Assembly (NCBI GenBank): GCA_963740355.1
Contig: CAVUDW010000003.1
Span: 2,400,001 to 2,464,000 of the forward strand
Source of the DNA: an uncultured Gemmatimonadaceae bacterium
GTDB lineage: Bacteria; Gemmatimonadota; Gemmatimonadetes; Gemmatimonadales; Gemmatimonadaceae
Direction of reading: 5' to 3'
Length of the DNA: 64,000 nt
Position 1 is the first letter of the stretch. Every line of letters starts with the position of its first letter. Of this stretch, positions 10,307 to 19,859 are shown piece by piece. Both the position numbers and the translations under genes were made by a program. The notes beneath the pieces are model-generated. The model did no database searches and was not told the DNA's origin. It saw only the letters and a program-made list of their open reading frames with translations.

Positions 10307-11615
10307 GCTGAATGCGATCATCCGTCGCGAATACCTCGAGCGCGTCCGCACCAAGTGGTTCGTCATCGCCACGCTGCTGGGCCCGATCCTCTTCCTGTTG
10401 CTGACCGCGTTGCCGGCATTCCTCACAGCCGGCAGCAAGGCCACAGCAGAATCGGCCAACATCACGATCATCGACGCGACGGGGGCGAACCTCGGCCCCC
10501 GCGTGATCCTCGCACTGGCCGATACCTCGGGCGTGAAGCCCACCGTCGAGATCACATCGCCACTCGAAACGGCAGCTGCCGAGTCGCTTGCCACGCGCGC
10601 GGTGCTGTCGAACCAGCGCATCGGCTACCTCGTGCTCGATTCACGCACCATGCTTGGCTTCAAGGCACGGTATGTGGGTCGCAACAGCACCACCGTGCGC
10701 GAGATGTCACGCCTTGGTCGTGCCGTCGACAAGGCCGTCCTCGGTCTCCGTCTCGAACGCGCCGGACTCGACGCCGGACGCATCGACTCGTTGATGCGCG
10801 TGAACGTGGAGCTGGACAAGACACAACTGAGCGACAAGGGTCGCGAGCGGACCGGCACCGGCAACAGCGTGGTGGGCCTGATGGTGGCGTTCCTGCTCTA
10901 TACGGTGCTCATCATCTACGGCCAGACCGTGCTCCGCAGCGTGATCGAGGAGAAGGCCACACGCGTCGCGGAAGTCGTGATCAGCAGCGTCCGGCCGGAG
11001 ATCCTGCTCGCGGGCAAGATCATCGGCATCGGCGGCGTCGCCATCACACAATTCGGCGTCTGGATTCTCGGCTCCTTCTGGGTTGGATCGACTGTCGTCC
11101 CGGCCATCATGAAGAGCAAGACGCTGGGGATGTCGCCCGCCGCGGCGGATAGCCTCACGCGCTCGAGTGATGTCTTCACCAGCCTGCCCGCATTCTCGGC
11201 AACGCTGGTGGTCGCGCCACTGCTGTTCTTCATCCTGGGGTATGTCTTCTATGCCTGCCTCTACGCTGCCGTCGGCAGCACCGTGAACAGCGAGTCGGAA
11301 GCGCAGCAGGCCGCCACGCCAGTGGTGATGCTGCTGGTGCTCAGCGCCGCCTGCCTGCAACCGGTGGCGTTTGCTCCCCAGAGCACGATCGCGGTGGTGA
11401 TGTCACTGCTGCCGGTGTCTGCCCCCATCGTGATGCCGATGCGATTGACGCTGGTGCAGGTGCCCAACTGGCAGATCTTCGCCAGCCTGCTCGGCATGAC
11501 AGTCTCGTGCGCCGCGGCGATCTGGTTCTCGGCACGGATCTATCGCGTGGGCCTGCTGATGTACGGTAAGCGCCCGACGATTCGCGAACTGTTCAAGTGG
11601 TTGCGCTACTCCTGA
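10299..11615 (+). CDS. ABC-2 permease (NatB/YhaP-like)
   Basis: REYLERVR, EEKATRVAEV, LAGKI, RIYRVGLLMYG. Overlaps the ATPase gene. Confidence 0.85.
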   Translation: MGKLNAIIRREYLERVRTKWFVIATLLGPILFLLLTALPAFLTAGSKATAESANITIIDATGANLGPRVILALADTSGVKPTVEITSPLETAAAESLATRAVLSNQRIGYLVLDSRTMLGFKARYVGRNSTTVREMSRLGRAVDKAVLGLRLERAGLDAGRIDSLMRVNVELDKTQLSDKGRERTGTGNSVVGLMVAFLLYTVLIIYGQTVLRSVIEEKATRVAEVVISSVRPEILLAGKIIGIGGVAITQFGVWILGSFWVGSTVVPAIMKSKTLGMSPAAADSLTRSSDVFTSLPAFSATLVVAPLLFFILGYVFYACLYAAVGSTVNSESEAQQAATPVVMLLVLSAACLQPVAFAPQSTIAVVMSLLPVSAPIVMPMRLTLVQVPNWQIFASLLGMTVSCAAAIWFSARIYRVGLLMYGKRPTIRELFKWLRYS

Positions 11616-11637
11616 GATCGGGACGCACCGAATCAAC

Positions 11638-11676
11638 AAAAACCGCGCACGGGCCAAGGCCTGTGCGCGGTTTTTT
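11638..11676. terminator. Bidirectional intrinsic terminator
   Basis: AAAAACCGCGCACGGGCC-aa-GGCCTGTGCGCGGTTTTTT, with A/T tails on both sides. Confidence 0.85.
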
Positions 11677-11753
11677 CTTGCGTGCCGATCGATCAGGAGA
11701 TCACGACTGCCGATCGGCTCATCATCGGCAGCGCAAACCCCACCACCGCAGTG

Positions 11754-12170
11754 TTACGCGCAATACTTGTCGAATGCGCCAACGAGGTCGTTCGAGATCT
11801 CGTCCGCCGAGCGGCCTTCGATCTGGTGACGCTCGAGCATGAACACCACCTTGCCGTCCTTCATCAACGCGATGCTCGGGCTGCTGGGGCGGTAGCCGGT
11901 GAAGTAACCGCGGGCCTGCTGCGTCGGCTCGGGATCCTGGCCGGCAAACACCGTCACGCTCTTCGCTGGGCGGACCGCATGCTCCAGCGCCGTCTTCACG
12001 GCCGGTCGCGCATTGCGCGCCGCGCAGCCGCACATGCTGTTGACCACCACCAGCGTGGTGCCATCAGCGTTCTTCAGCGCCGCATCGACTTCGGCCGCGC
12101 TCTTCAGTTCCTGCACGCCAAGCTGCGTCAGCTCAGCACGCATCGGGGCAATGAAACGTTCGTCGTACAT
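11754..12170 (-). CDS. BrxA/BrxB family bacilliredoxin (YphP/YqiW)
   Basis: VVNSMCGCAARNARP (CGC motif), TVFAGQD, PSSPSIAL, ERHQIEG. Confidence 0.88.
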   Translation of the reverse strand: MYDERFIAPMRAELTQLGVQELKSAAEVDAALKNADGTTLVVVNSMCGCAARNARPAVKTALEHAVRPAKSVTVFAGQDPEPTQQARGYFTGYRPSSPSIALMKDGKVVFMLERHQIEGRSADEISNDLVGAFDKYCA

Positions 12171-12232
12171 AGTCCTGCTCCTGCCAGAAGGTGATTCAGC
12201 TTGCGACGTGCACCAGGGTCACGGCGGACACC

Positions 12233-12628
12233 CTAGAACAACACATCGTCAGCCACATTCGTGTCGCGAACCAACGCCAGGATGGCTGCCTGCGGCACCA
12301 CCAGGTAGCGCTCGTTCTCGAAGGTGATTTCCACACTCGCCTTGCGAAAGAACAAGGCATAGTCGCCCGTGCGCGCCTGCATCGGGACATGCTTCGTGCC
12401 CGACGCACTGCTCTGGGCGTTCTTCCACGGCTCGTCGCTGTCCTGCGACGCGAGATCGGGCATGGGAAGCCCCGGTCCGGTGGCGACGATCCGGCCACCC
12501 TGCACCGCCTGGTTGTCGACGGCGGTCGGCGGCAGGTACAAGCCGACCGACGAGCGCTCCTCTCCTTCCTCGATGGAGACGAGCACCCGGTCACCGACGA
12601 CGATCAGCTCTTTCTTGTTCTTCCGCAT
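12233..12628 (-). CDS. GroES/Cpn10 family co-chaperone, long form
   Basis: GDRVLV, GLYLP mobile loop, GRIVATGPG, EITFENERYLVV..ILA. Confidence 0.8.
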   Translation of the reverse strand: MRKNKKELIVVGDRVLVSIEEGEERSSVGLYLPPTAVDNQAVQGGRIVATGPGLPMPDLASQDSDEPWKNAQSSASGTKHVPMQARTGDYALFFRKASVEITFENERYLVVPQAAILALVRDTNVADDVLF

Positions 12629-12725
12629 GACGTTCCCGACGAATTCCGTCCGGCAGCGTTTCTGCCGGACACTGCATGGAAGTTATCACCGGACGGGAGC
12701 TGAGCGCCCGCCCAGAGCCCGAGCC

Positions 12726-14177
12726 CTACCGACGCCCACCCTTCGCGCCCGTCGGACGGACGAGGTGATACTTCACCTGTCGCTGATACCCCCACCGCAC
12801 AACACCGGCGCCATCGAGGATCACATCCTCCTCCTGGCCCACCCGAACCGGCTGGCTCCCCCATTCGGCCACCGGGGTCGTCGCCTGCAGCTCGATCGAG
12901 TACCAGGTACTGGGCTGCATGGCGTGATCGCCGCGGCCTGGCACGCCGTCCTGGTAGTCCCACAGGCCGATCAGCGGGCCCGCGCCATGCCCATGCATCC
13001 CGATCGGGTGCGAGTAGATGGTGCCATTGATGCTGTCGCGCGTCATCCGCTGCCGTGATGCCTGCAGCACCTCATTCCCGGTCCGGCCAGCCTTGATCTC
13101 GGAAAAGACGATGTCCTGCAACCGGTTTGCATTGCCCAGCGCACGCTGCAATCCGGCGGGCACGTCGGTCTCGCCATCCTTCAGGACGTAACCCATGTGC
13201 TGCGTGTCGGTGTTGAGGCGCAGCGCCGTGATGCCGAAGTCGCAATGCAGCACGTCACCCTTCTGGATGATGGGGTCTTCGCCCATCGCGGCATCGGTGC
13301 CACCCTTGCGCTGCACATCCACCGACGGCTGAAACCAGGTGGTCAGGCCGTACTCCGCGACACGTTGACGCATCCACCAGACCACATCACTGGTACGCGT
13401 CACACCGGGCGTGATGACTTTCGATGAGAAGGCTTCCTCGATGATGTCCCACGTGAGGCGGTTCATGCGATTGAACGTCGCCTCTTCCTCGGCCTGACGG
13501 ATCGCGATCAGGTCCACTGCGAGGCGCCCGGCCGTGGTGATCTGCGCCTTCCATTCCCCGTCGGGCTTCAGCACTTCGCGCGACAGCATGCCGGTGTATT
13601 CGCCGAGCGTGAGGCCGTCAGCGAAGGCGAACGTCGTGTCGATGTCGAGCGCGATGCGCTTCGGCTTGCGATCGCGAATGACCTTCGTCAGCACATCCCA
13701 CTGCGCCGATCCCCACAGCTCGGCCGTCGTGCTGCCGGAGCTCACATTGGTGGCGGCAAGCTGCGAGCGCACCGCAGTGTAGAGCCCACCCTGCGACGTG
13801 CCGCCGAGCGCGAGGCGCTCGATCCCCTTGTCGCCACCACGATCGTAGAACACGTAGATCGTGCGCCGGCGTGCGGAAAAGGTGGTCGGCGACACGATGG
13901 AGGAGAACACAGGATCTTCGTTGTACTCACGCATCGGCACGATCCACATGTCGACGCTATCCCGTCGCATCAGGCCGGGCAGCGTGCGCTCGAGTCGCAG
14001 TCGCAGCCACTCCTGTTGCGCCGCAGCCCATTCACGCTGCGTGCCGAGTGGATGGCGCGGGTCGGCTTTTGCGAGGTGCGGTGCCGCCTGCGCCTGCACG
14101 GACGGTGCGAGCACCACGGGAAGACTGAGCGCCAGCAGCGATGCCGCCAGCGAAAGGCAATGCGCGACACGGCGCAT
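12726..14177 (-). CDS. M24 family metallopeptidase (Xaa-Pro aminopeptidase-like), secreted
   Basis: Signal peptide. GDVLHCDFG..TDTQ, HPIGMHGH, SIE and QEED metal-ligand pattern. Confidence 0.8.
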   Translation of the reverse strand: MRRVAHCLSLAASLLALSLPVVLAPSVQAQAAPHLAKADPRHPLGTQREWAAAQQEWLRLRLERTLPGLMRRDSVDMWIVPMREYNEDPVFSSIVSPTTFSARRRTIYVFYDRGGDKGIERLALGGTSQGGLYTAVRSQLAATNVSSGSTTAELWGSAQWDVLTKVIRDRKPKRIALDIDTTFAFADGLTLGEYTGMLSREVLKPDGEWKAQITTAGRLAVDLIAIRQAEEEATFNRMNRLTWDIIEEAFSSKVITPGVTRTSDVVWWMRQRVAEYGLTTWFQPSVDVQRKGGTDAAMGEDPIIQKGDVLHCDFGITALRLNTDTQHMGYVLKDGETDVPAGLQRALGNANRLQDIVFSEIKAGRTGNEVLQASRQRMTRDSINGTIYSHPIGMHGHGAGPLIGLWDYQDGVPGRGDHAMQPSTWYSIELQATTPVAEWGSQPVRVGQEEDVILDGAGVVRWGYQRQVKYHLVRPTGAKGGRR

Positions 14178-14265
14178 GTGAAAGGCTCCGGATGCAGGTG
14201 ACGGGGATTGTTGAGCCAGCGACGGCCAGACCAGCGAAGTTACCGCGCGAAGCTATCGCGCGAAG

Positions 14266-14784
14266 CTATTGGTCGTCCTTCGGATCGTCGATGATGACGT
14301 CGCCGGCGGCCGAGATCGAGCGTCGGATGCCCTGCACCACGAGCGCGAGAATGCCCGCATAGATCGAGAGCACGAGCAGGTGTGTGCTGAGGACCGTGGC
14401 CGCGATGCTGGCCAGGTCGGACCACTCCGCCTGTGCGCTGCCGTACGGCTCACGCCGCACCGCAATCAACAGGGCCGATGTCGCGACTTCGGCCAGCCCC
14501 TCGACCACCGCAAAGGCCGGGATGCGCCACACCCACCGCTTCAGCGGGTAGTTGCCGATGTGCAGCGTTGCCATGCCGAAGAACACCAGCACACCCAGTG
14601 CGACGACCGACCCGAAGAACAGCGGCGCGTCAGTGGGACCCGTTCCGAGGAACAGGGCACGCAGCAGTCGCCACGCAATCCCGGTGACGACCGCCATCGA
14701 CACGAGCGACCGGCTGAACTTCCGCACGGCACTCGCTTCGTAGGCGTCCCATGCGCCGGTGTGGGTTGGTGCGAATCGAACCAT
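14266..14784 (-). CDS. Hypothetical 4-TM membrane protein
   Basis: Four hydrophobic segments and coding-like codon usage. Alternative start TTG 14820. Confidence 0.65.
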   Translation of the reverse strand: MVRFAPTHTGAWDAYEASAVRKFSRSLVSMAVVTGIAWRLLRALFLGTGPTDAPLFFGSVVALGVLVFFGMATLHIGNYPLKRWVWRIPAFAVVEGLAEVATSALLIAVRREPYGSAQAEWSDLASIAATVLSTHLLVLSIYAGILALVVQGIRRSISAAGDVIIDDPKDDQ

Positions 14785-14887
14785 GGAGGGAAGTTGGCGG
14801 TCCGAGGCGTCGGAAGGCAAGCCGATCTGCGCTGTTCGTCACACTGCGCCCTGCATTTTCCCTCACCGCACGTACATCCGCTCCCGG

Positions 14888-15925
14888 TCAGCGATGTGCG
14901 ATCGAGGGCTGCCTCGCGAGTCGATCGGCAATGAAATGGAGCCCTTCCGGCATGTGATTCTGGAAGTAGGTCCACGAGTGCTTGCCCTCCCATTCGGCGT
15001 ACAGCAGCGGGATGTGATGGGCAGCCATCTCTTCACGGAAGATGCGATTCTGTTCGATGCGCTCGTCCTCGAGCGCGATGTCGGCATACAACATCGGGAT
15101 CGGCTCACCGCGCGCCTTCAATCCGATCAGCAGCCTGGCCGGATCGCGTGCATTCCAGTTCGCGAGATCGAGACCGAACATCGGGTACATCACACTCCAT
15201 TCATTTTCACCAACGGCCGCGCGGATCTCCTTCATCGTGCGACCGCTGCGCCAGGTCACCCGGCCAGTCGAGGCGATGGTGGTGCTGTCTGGCGTGGGAC
15301 CCAGTGTCAGCACGCCGGAATGACTGGTGGCGATGGCGAAGGTGCCGGGAAACCGCGCCGCGATCGTGAACGCACCGTACGCTCCCATGCTCAGCCCGCC
15401 GATCGCACGCGATTCCATCTGCGGCAGCGTGCGGTACGTCGAGTCCACCTGCTGCAACACATCGTGCACGACATACGCGTCGTAATCGGGCTTCGGTACG
15501 CAGAATTCGGCGGGCGGCTCGGTGCGATGCGGCGTGACGCGACAGGCAGCGGTATCGCTGGGCGAGGCCCATGACGTCCACCAGCCATCGTCACCGTCGG
15601 GCATCGCGACGATCATCTCCGGCATGCCGGTGGCGATCAGCGAATCCATGGCGTACGCCAGACGCCCCAGCTTCACCCAGTCGGTCTCGTCGCCCCACCG
15701 ACCATGCAGGTAGACCGTCAGCGGATAGCGTCGATTGGCCGCCTGCGCCGTGCCGTACGACGGCGGCAGATACACGACCATCCGCTTCTGCACGCCCAAC
15801 GTCGGTGCCCAGAACGAGTCCCGCCGTACCGCGCCGTGCGGCAGGTGCACCTCCACCGTACTCGCGGGGAGCACGGTGGCCGCAATGAAGAGGCAGGTGA
15901 GGAAGGTGGCTCTGAGCATGGTCAC
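14888..15925 (-). CDS. Putative esterase (alpha/beta hydrolase), secreted
   Basis: VYLPPSY, YLHG, nucleophile elbow GLSMG, GKHSWTY. Confidence 0.82.
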   Translation of the reverse strand: MTMLRATFLTCLFIAATVLPASTVEVHLPHGAVRRDSFWAPTLGVQKRMVVYLPPSYGTAQAANRRYPLTVYLHGRWGDETDWVKLGRLAYAMDSLIATGMPEMIVAMPDGDDGWWTSWASPSDTAACRVTPHRTEPPAEFCVPKPDYDAYVVHDVLQQVDSTYRTLPQMESRAIGGLSMGAYGAFTIAARFPGTFAIATSHSGVLTLGPTPDSTTIASTGRVTWRSGRTMKEIRAAVGENEWSVMYPMFGLDLANWNARDPARLLIGLKARGEPIPMLYADIALEDERIEQNRIFREEMAAHHIPLLYAEWEGKHSWTYFQNHMPEGLHFIADRLARQPSIAHR

Positions 15926-16017
15926 TGGAGACGATCCTGCCCGCCCCGGGTGACGCCTCCACCCGCCCCTCGCGCTTCAGGCTCGCCGTGGCGGTCGCCC
16001 GGCCCCGCCCAGCAAGC

Positions 16018-17052
16018 CTACGGAACGAGGCGCTCGGCGATGAAGCGGAGGCTCTCGGGCAGGTGAGCGCGCCAGTACGGCCAATCGTGACGCCCGGGCC
16101 ACTCGGCATACAGCAGCGGCACCTGCAATGCGGCCATGTTGTCGCGGAAGGAGCGATTCTCCGCCAGCAGGCCATCCTCCGTGCCGACATCGACGAACAG
16201 CGACGGCACCACATCGCCCCGACGGAGCATCAGCTCGATCAGGTGCGTCGGGTCGCGACTGATCCACGAGACCGAGTCACTGCCGAACGCCGGCTCGATG
16301 ATCGACCAGCGACCGCCCGACACCGCGCGCAGCTCCGCGCGGGTGCGTGCATCACGCACCGTCATGGCACCGCCAGTGGCGATCGCCGTGCTGTCCACCA
16401 GCAACGCCGGCCGCAGCACTCCGCTGTGGCTTGCCGCCACCGAGAATGTCTGCGGCGAGCGTGCGGCGATGGAGATCGCACCGTAGCCACCCATGCTCAG
16501 GCCGGCGATGCCGCGTGATTCGCGCCGCGGAATGGTGCGATAGAGCGAGTCGGTGTGCGCCAGGACATCGTGCACCACGTAGTCATCGTACTTCGGCCAC
16601 GGCACACAGTACGCGTCAGCATTCTCCTGCCGCGGTGTGCGCCGACAGGCCGCGATGTCATTCAATGCATGCCAGGTCGTCCACCAGCCATCGTCGCCAT
16701 CTGGCATCACGACGATCATTTCCGGCATGCCGGTCGCCACCAGCGAATCCATGGTCGCGTCGAGATGTCCTTGCACCGTCCAATCCGTTTCGGCACCCCA
16801 TGCCCCATGGAGATACACGGCGACCGGATACTGGCGACGCGGCGCCACGGTGTCGGCGTAACTCGGCGGCAGGTACACCACCAGCTGCTTCTTCACCCCC
16901 AGCGCCTGCGACCAGATCGTGTCGGTGCGCACGGTGCCGCGCCGAACCGGGGCTCGCGAGGTTCCACCAGGCGACACATCCTGCGCGCGCACGGTCGCGA
17001 CACCGACCAGCAGCAACACGAGAATGCGGAGAGATTGCGTCAGCGTCGGCAT
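16018..17052 (-). CDS. Putative esterase (alpha/beta hydrolase), secreted; paralog of 14888-15925
   Basis: VYLPPSY, YLHG, GLSMGG, VDVGTED, GRHDWPYW. Start ATG 17052. Confidence 0.82.
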   Translation of the reverse strand: MPTLTQSLRILVLLLVGVATVRAQDVSPGGTSRAPVRRGTVRTDTIWSQALGVKKQLVVYLPPSYADTVAPRRQYPVAVYLHGAWGAETDWTVQGHLDATMDSLVATGMPEMIVVMPDGDDGWWTTWHALNDIAACRRTPRQENADAYCVPWPKYDDYVVHDVLAHTDSLYRTIPRRESRGIAGLSMGGYGAISIAARSPQTFSVAASHSGVLRPALLVDSTAIATGGAMTVRDARTRAELRAVSGGRWSIIEPAFGSDSVSWISRDPTHLIELMLRRGDVVPSLFVDVGTEDGLLAENRSFRDNMAALQVPLLYAEWPGRHDWPYWRAHLPESLRFIAERLVP

Positions 17053-17090
17053 GCGTTCGAGAGCGGGTGATTCAGTGGGCAGCGGATCGA

Positions 17091-18431
17091 TCAGCGCGGG
17101 GATTCGCGACGGAGCCAGACGTAGAGCGGTGTGCCGGCCATGAGCGCGAGAAATCCCCACATGGCAGACTCCGGCCCGACACCGTACATCGTCCACAACA
17201 CGAACAGGAAGCCGACGCTCGCCTCGAAGGTCACGCGGCCGACGGACGATGCATCGTAGTGCTCGGGATGCCGACGGGCGAGCAAGAGCTCGGCCGCGCA
17301 CGCGTAGAGGTGCGGCAGCAACGTGGTGAGGATCGCCAGCAGGGCCACGAACTTGAAGACGTTCAGCAGCGACTGCGAGAAATACAGGAGCAGCAGCGCA
17401 CTCGGAACGAGTGTCCCGACAATCATCGCCACATGCGGCGTCGCATACCGCGGATGCAACCGGCCCAGCGGCGCGAAGAACAATCCATCCTGCGCCGCCG
17501 TCACCGGGATTCGTCCGGCCATCAGCACCCAGCCGTTGAGTGTCGCGAGGTTCGATCCCAGTGCGGCGATTCCAACCACGACGGCCACTGTGGGTCCGAG
17601 GGTCCGCTCCATCGCCAGTGCAATGGGCCGGGGGCTGAGTGCGAGTTCGGCAGTTGGCACGGTGCCGATCACCATCAGCGCCGTGACCAGAAAGACGAGG
17701 GTCGCAAGCCAGTAGCCGATCATCGTGCCGCGTCCGACGGTGACACCGCCGTCGCGCACTTCATCGGCGGGCACCGTGGCCGACTCGACACCGGAGTACG
17801 CCCACACCACCAGAGCGCAGGCCGGCGCCAGCGCGCCATAACCCATCGGAGCAAACGGGGAAAAATTGGCGGTCGAGAGCTGCGGCAGCGCGACCATCGA
17901 CCCGAGCAGCAAGGGCACCACGGTCACGATCATCAGCACGATCTGCAGCTTCGCGCTGTGACCGACACCGACGGTGTTGAGCAGGCAGAGCCCCCACAAC
18001 AGTGCTTGCGCGAGGACGAATTGCTGCAACGGCGACGCGCGCAACGCATCGCTGAATCCCGTCGCGTACCCGACGACGGCGGTTACGATCGCGGCATTCC
18101 CGATCGTGGCGCTGAGCCAATAGCTCCACACCGTCTGGAAGGCCGCGAAGTCGCCGAATGCGTGGCGCACATAGACGTACGGTCCGCCGGTCTTCGGCCA
18201 TCGCGCGCCCAACCGCGAGTAGGTGCGCGCAATGAAGAAGTAGCCGACCGCGGTGATGCCCCACGCGGCAATCGCCAGCGGACCGGCCACGGCAGCCATC
18301 GTCGCCGGCAAGGTCCAGATCGACGTCCCCACCATGTTGCCGACCGCCAGCGCCACCACACCAAGCAGTGTGAGGCGGCGCAGCGGGGCAACGTCGGCGG
18401 TCAGCGGAAGACGTGGCCGATGCGCGACCAC
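17091..18431 (-). CDS. APC family amino acid permease
   Basis: GNMVGTSIW, PKTGGPYVY, WAYSGVES, about 12 TM segments. Start uncertain. Confidence 0.87.
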   Translation of the reverse strand: MVAHRPRLPLTADVAPLRRLTLLGVVALAVGNMVGTSIWTLPATMAAVAGPLAIAAWGITAVGYFFIARTYSRLGARWPKTGGPYVYVRHAFGDFAAFQTVWSYWLSATIGNAAIVTAVVGYATGFSDALRASPLQQFVLAQALLWGLCLLNTVGVGHSAKLQIVLMIVTVVPLLLGSMVALPQLSTANFSPFAPMGYGALAPACALVVWAYSGVESATVPADEVRDGGVTVGRGTMIGYWLATLVFLVTALMVIGTVPTAELALSPRPIALAMERTLGPTVAVVVGIAALGSNLATLNGWVLMAGRIPVTAAQDGLFFAPLGRLHPRYATPHVAMIVGTLVPSALLLLYFSQSLLNVFKFVALLAILTTLLPHLYACAAELLLARRHPEHYDASSVGRVTFEASVGFLFVLWTMYGVGPESAMWGFLALMAGTPLYVWLRRESPR

Positions 18432-19201
18432 CGGATGTCGGTGATGAACGGCATCGCGCGATCCGAATCGTTCGCGTTGTAGCTGTAGTAGACGAAGATC
18501 GGGCGGCCGCGAAGGTTGCCGCGCGGCACGATGCCCCAGTACCGGCTGTCCTTCGACTCGTAGCGATTGTCACCAAGCATGAAGAGATGCCCGGGCGGAA
18601 TCAGCAACGGCCCCCAGTTGTCATGCGTCGGCACGGGTGGCGGATCGCCGAAACGCGAACCCTTCAGCTCGACCTTGTGCTGCCACTCGAAAAGCGGGTT
18701 GGTCTCGTCCGCGCCCATCTTCGAGGTGCTTTCATCGGCGCGCTGCGGGTAGGCGGTGCCATTCACATGCACCACGCCGTCACGCATGTAGACCGTGTCA
18801 CCCGGCGTACCCCAGAGGCGCTTCACCAGCGTCGGCTGCGGATCGTTGCCGATCGCCGCCTCATCGGCCTGGTACGGCGACTTGAAGACCACGATCTCGC
18901 GGCGCTTCGGCTCCGCGTACCCCGGCAGCGTGACGTCGGTGAACGGGACGTTGGGGCCGTAGACGAGGTTGTTCACGAACAACCAATCGCCGACCATCAT
19001 CTCCGGCTGCATGCTCGGTGATGGAATCCGGTACGCCTGGAAGAAAAAGATCCGGACGACGAAGAAGATCAGGATCGGCACGATCCATCCCTTCAGGCCA
19101 TCGATGACGGATGACTTGGCACCGGTTCCACTCTTGCCACGCGCGGCCGCGACCACGTTGGGCACGGGCGGGGGGGAACTCGATTTTTGATCGGCGGCCA
19201 C
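18401..19201 (-). CDS. lepB: Signal peptidase I
   Basis: IPSPSMQP (Ser), LVKRL (Lys), GDNRYESKDSRYWG. Confidence 0.92.
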   Translation of the reverse strand: MAADQKSSSPPPVPNVVAAARGKSGTGAKSSVIDGLKGWIVPILIFFVVRIFFFQAYRIPSPSMQPEMMVGDWLFVNNLVYGPNVPFTDVTLPGYAEPKRREIVVFKSPYQADEAAIGNDPQPTLVKRLWGTPGDTVYMRDGVVHVNGTAYPQRADESTSKMGADETNPLFEWQHKVELKGSRFGDPPPVPTHDNWGPLLIPPGHLFMLGDNRYESKDSRYWGIVPRGNLRGRPIFVYYSYNANDSDRAMPFITDIRWSRIGHVFR

Positions 19202-19295
19202 AGGACTTGGGTGCAGCGGTGACAGGCAGTGATGCCGTAGGGACCGGACGCAATCGAGGGCCTGCCCCAGGAGGACACGCCCTCGATCCGGTCCA

Positions 19296-19322
19296 GCAAA
19301 AGATAACCCGCCCGGAGGCGGG
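19296..19322 (-). terminator. Intrinsic terminator candidate of the SWIB gene
   Basis: CCCGCC-cgga-GGCGGG hairpin followed on the minus strand by TTATCTTTT. Confidence 0.5.
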
Positions 19323-19331
19323 AGATCCGGT

Positions 19332-19679
19332 TCAGCTCAGGTGCTTGGACACCAGCGCCGTCATCTCGAACATCGTGACGGTCTTCTTGCCACCGAACAC
19401 GGCCTTGAGCTTGTCGTCGGCCAGGATGTTCCGCTTGTTCTTCGGGTCCTGCAGGTCGTGCTTCTTGATGTAGGCCCAGATGGCGCTCGTGACTTCCGTG
19501 CGCGGGCGGGCATCGCCGCCGATCACGGCTGCGAGTTCAGGGCTGATCTTCATCGCCTTGTTGAACGCCGAAGCGCTCTTCTTGGCGGCCGGCGCCTTCG
19601 CGGCAGCCTTCTTTGCAGGGGCCTTGGCAGCGGCCTTCTTGGCCGGTGCCTTCGCGGCTGCCTTTTTTGCAGGGGGCAT
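19332..19679 (-). CDS. SWIB/MDM2-domain protein with histone-H1-like N-terminal tail
   Basis: SPELAAVIG..RTEVTSAIWAYIKKHDLQDPKNKRNILADDKLK (SWIB). Repeated PAKKAAAKA. SD-like GAGGA before ATG 19679. Confidence 0.88.
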   Translation of the reverse strand: MPPAKKAAAKAPAKKAAAKAPAKKAAAKAPAAKKSASAFNKAMKISPELAAVIGGDARPRTEVTSAIWAYIKKHDLQDPKNKRNILADDKLKAVFGGKKTVTMFEMTALVSKHLS

Positions 19680-19859
19680 CGCAGATCCTCGAGGATGAGG
19701 GAGAGGCGAGCGACGCTCGCCGTGTCCGTAGAGCGAGACTCGCGCGCTCATCGTGGCATCCGCCGGCGACCGCCGTTCGAAATGACCATGACGCGCGGGA
19801 AGGTACACCCAGTGTCTGCCCGCGCAACAGGAGCCGTCAGCCCTCGCGCACGCGACGTC

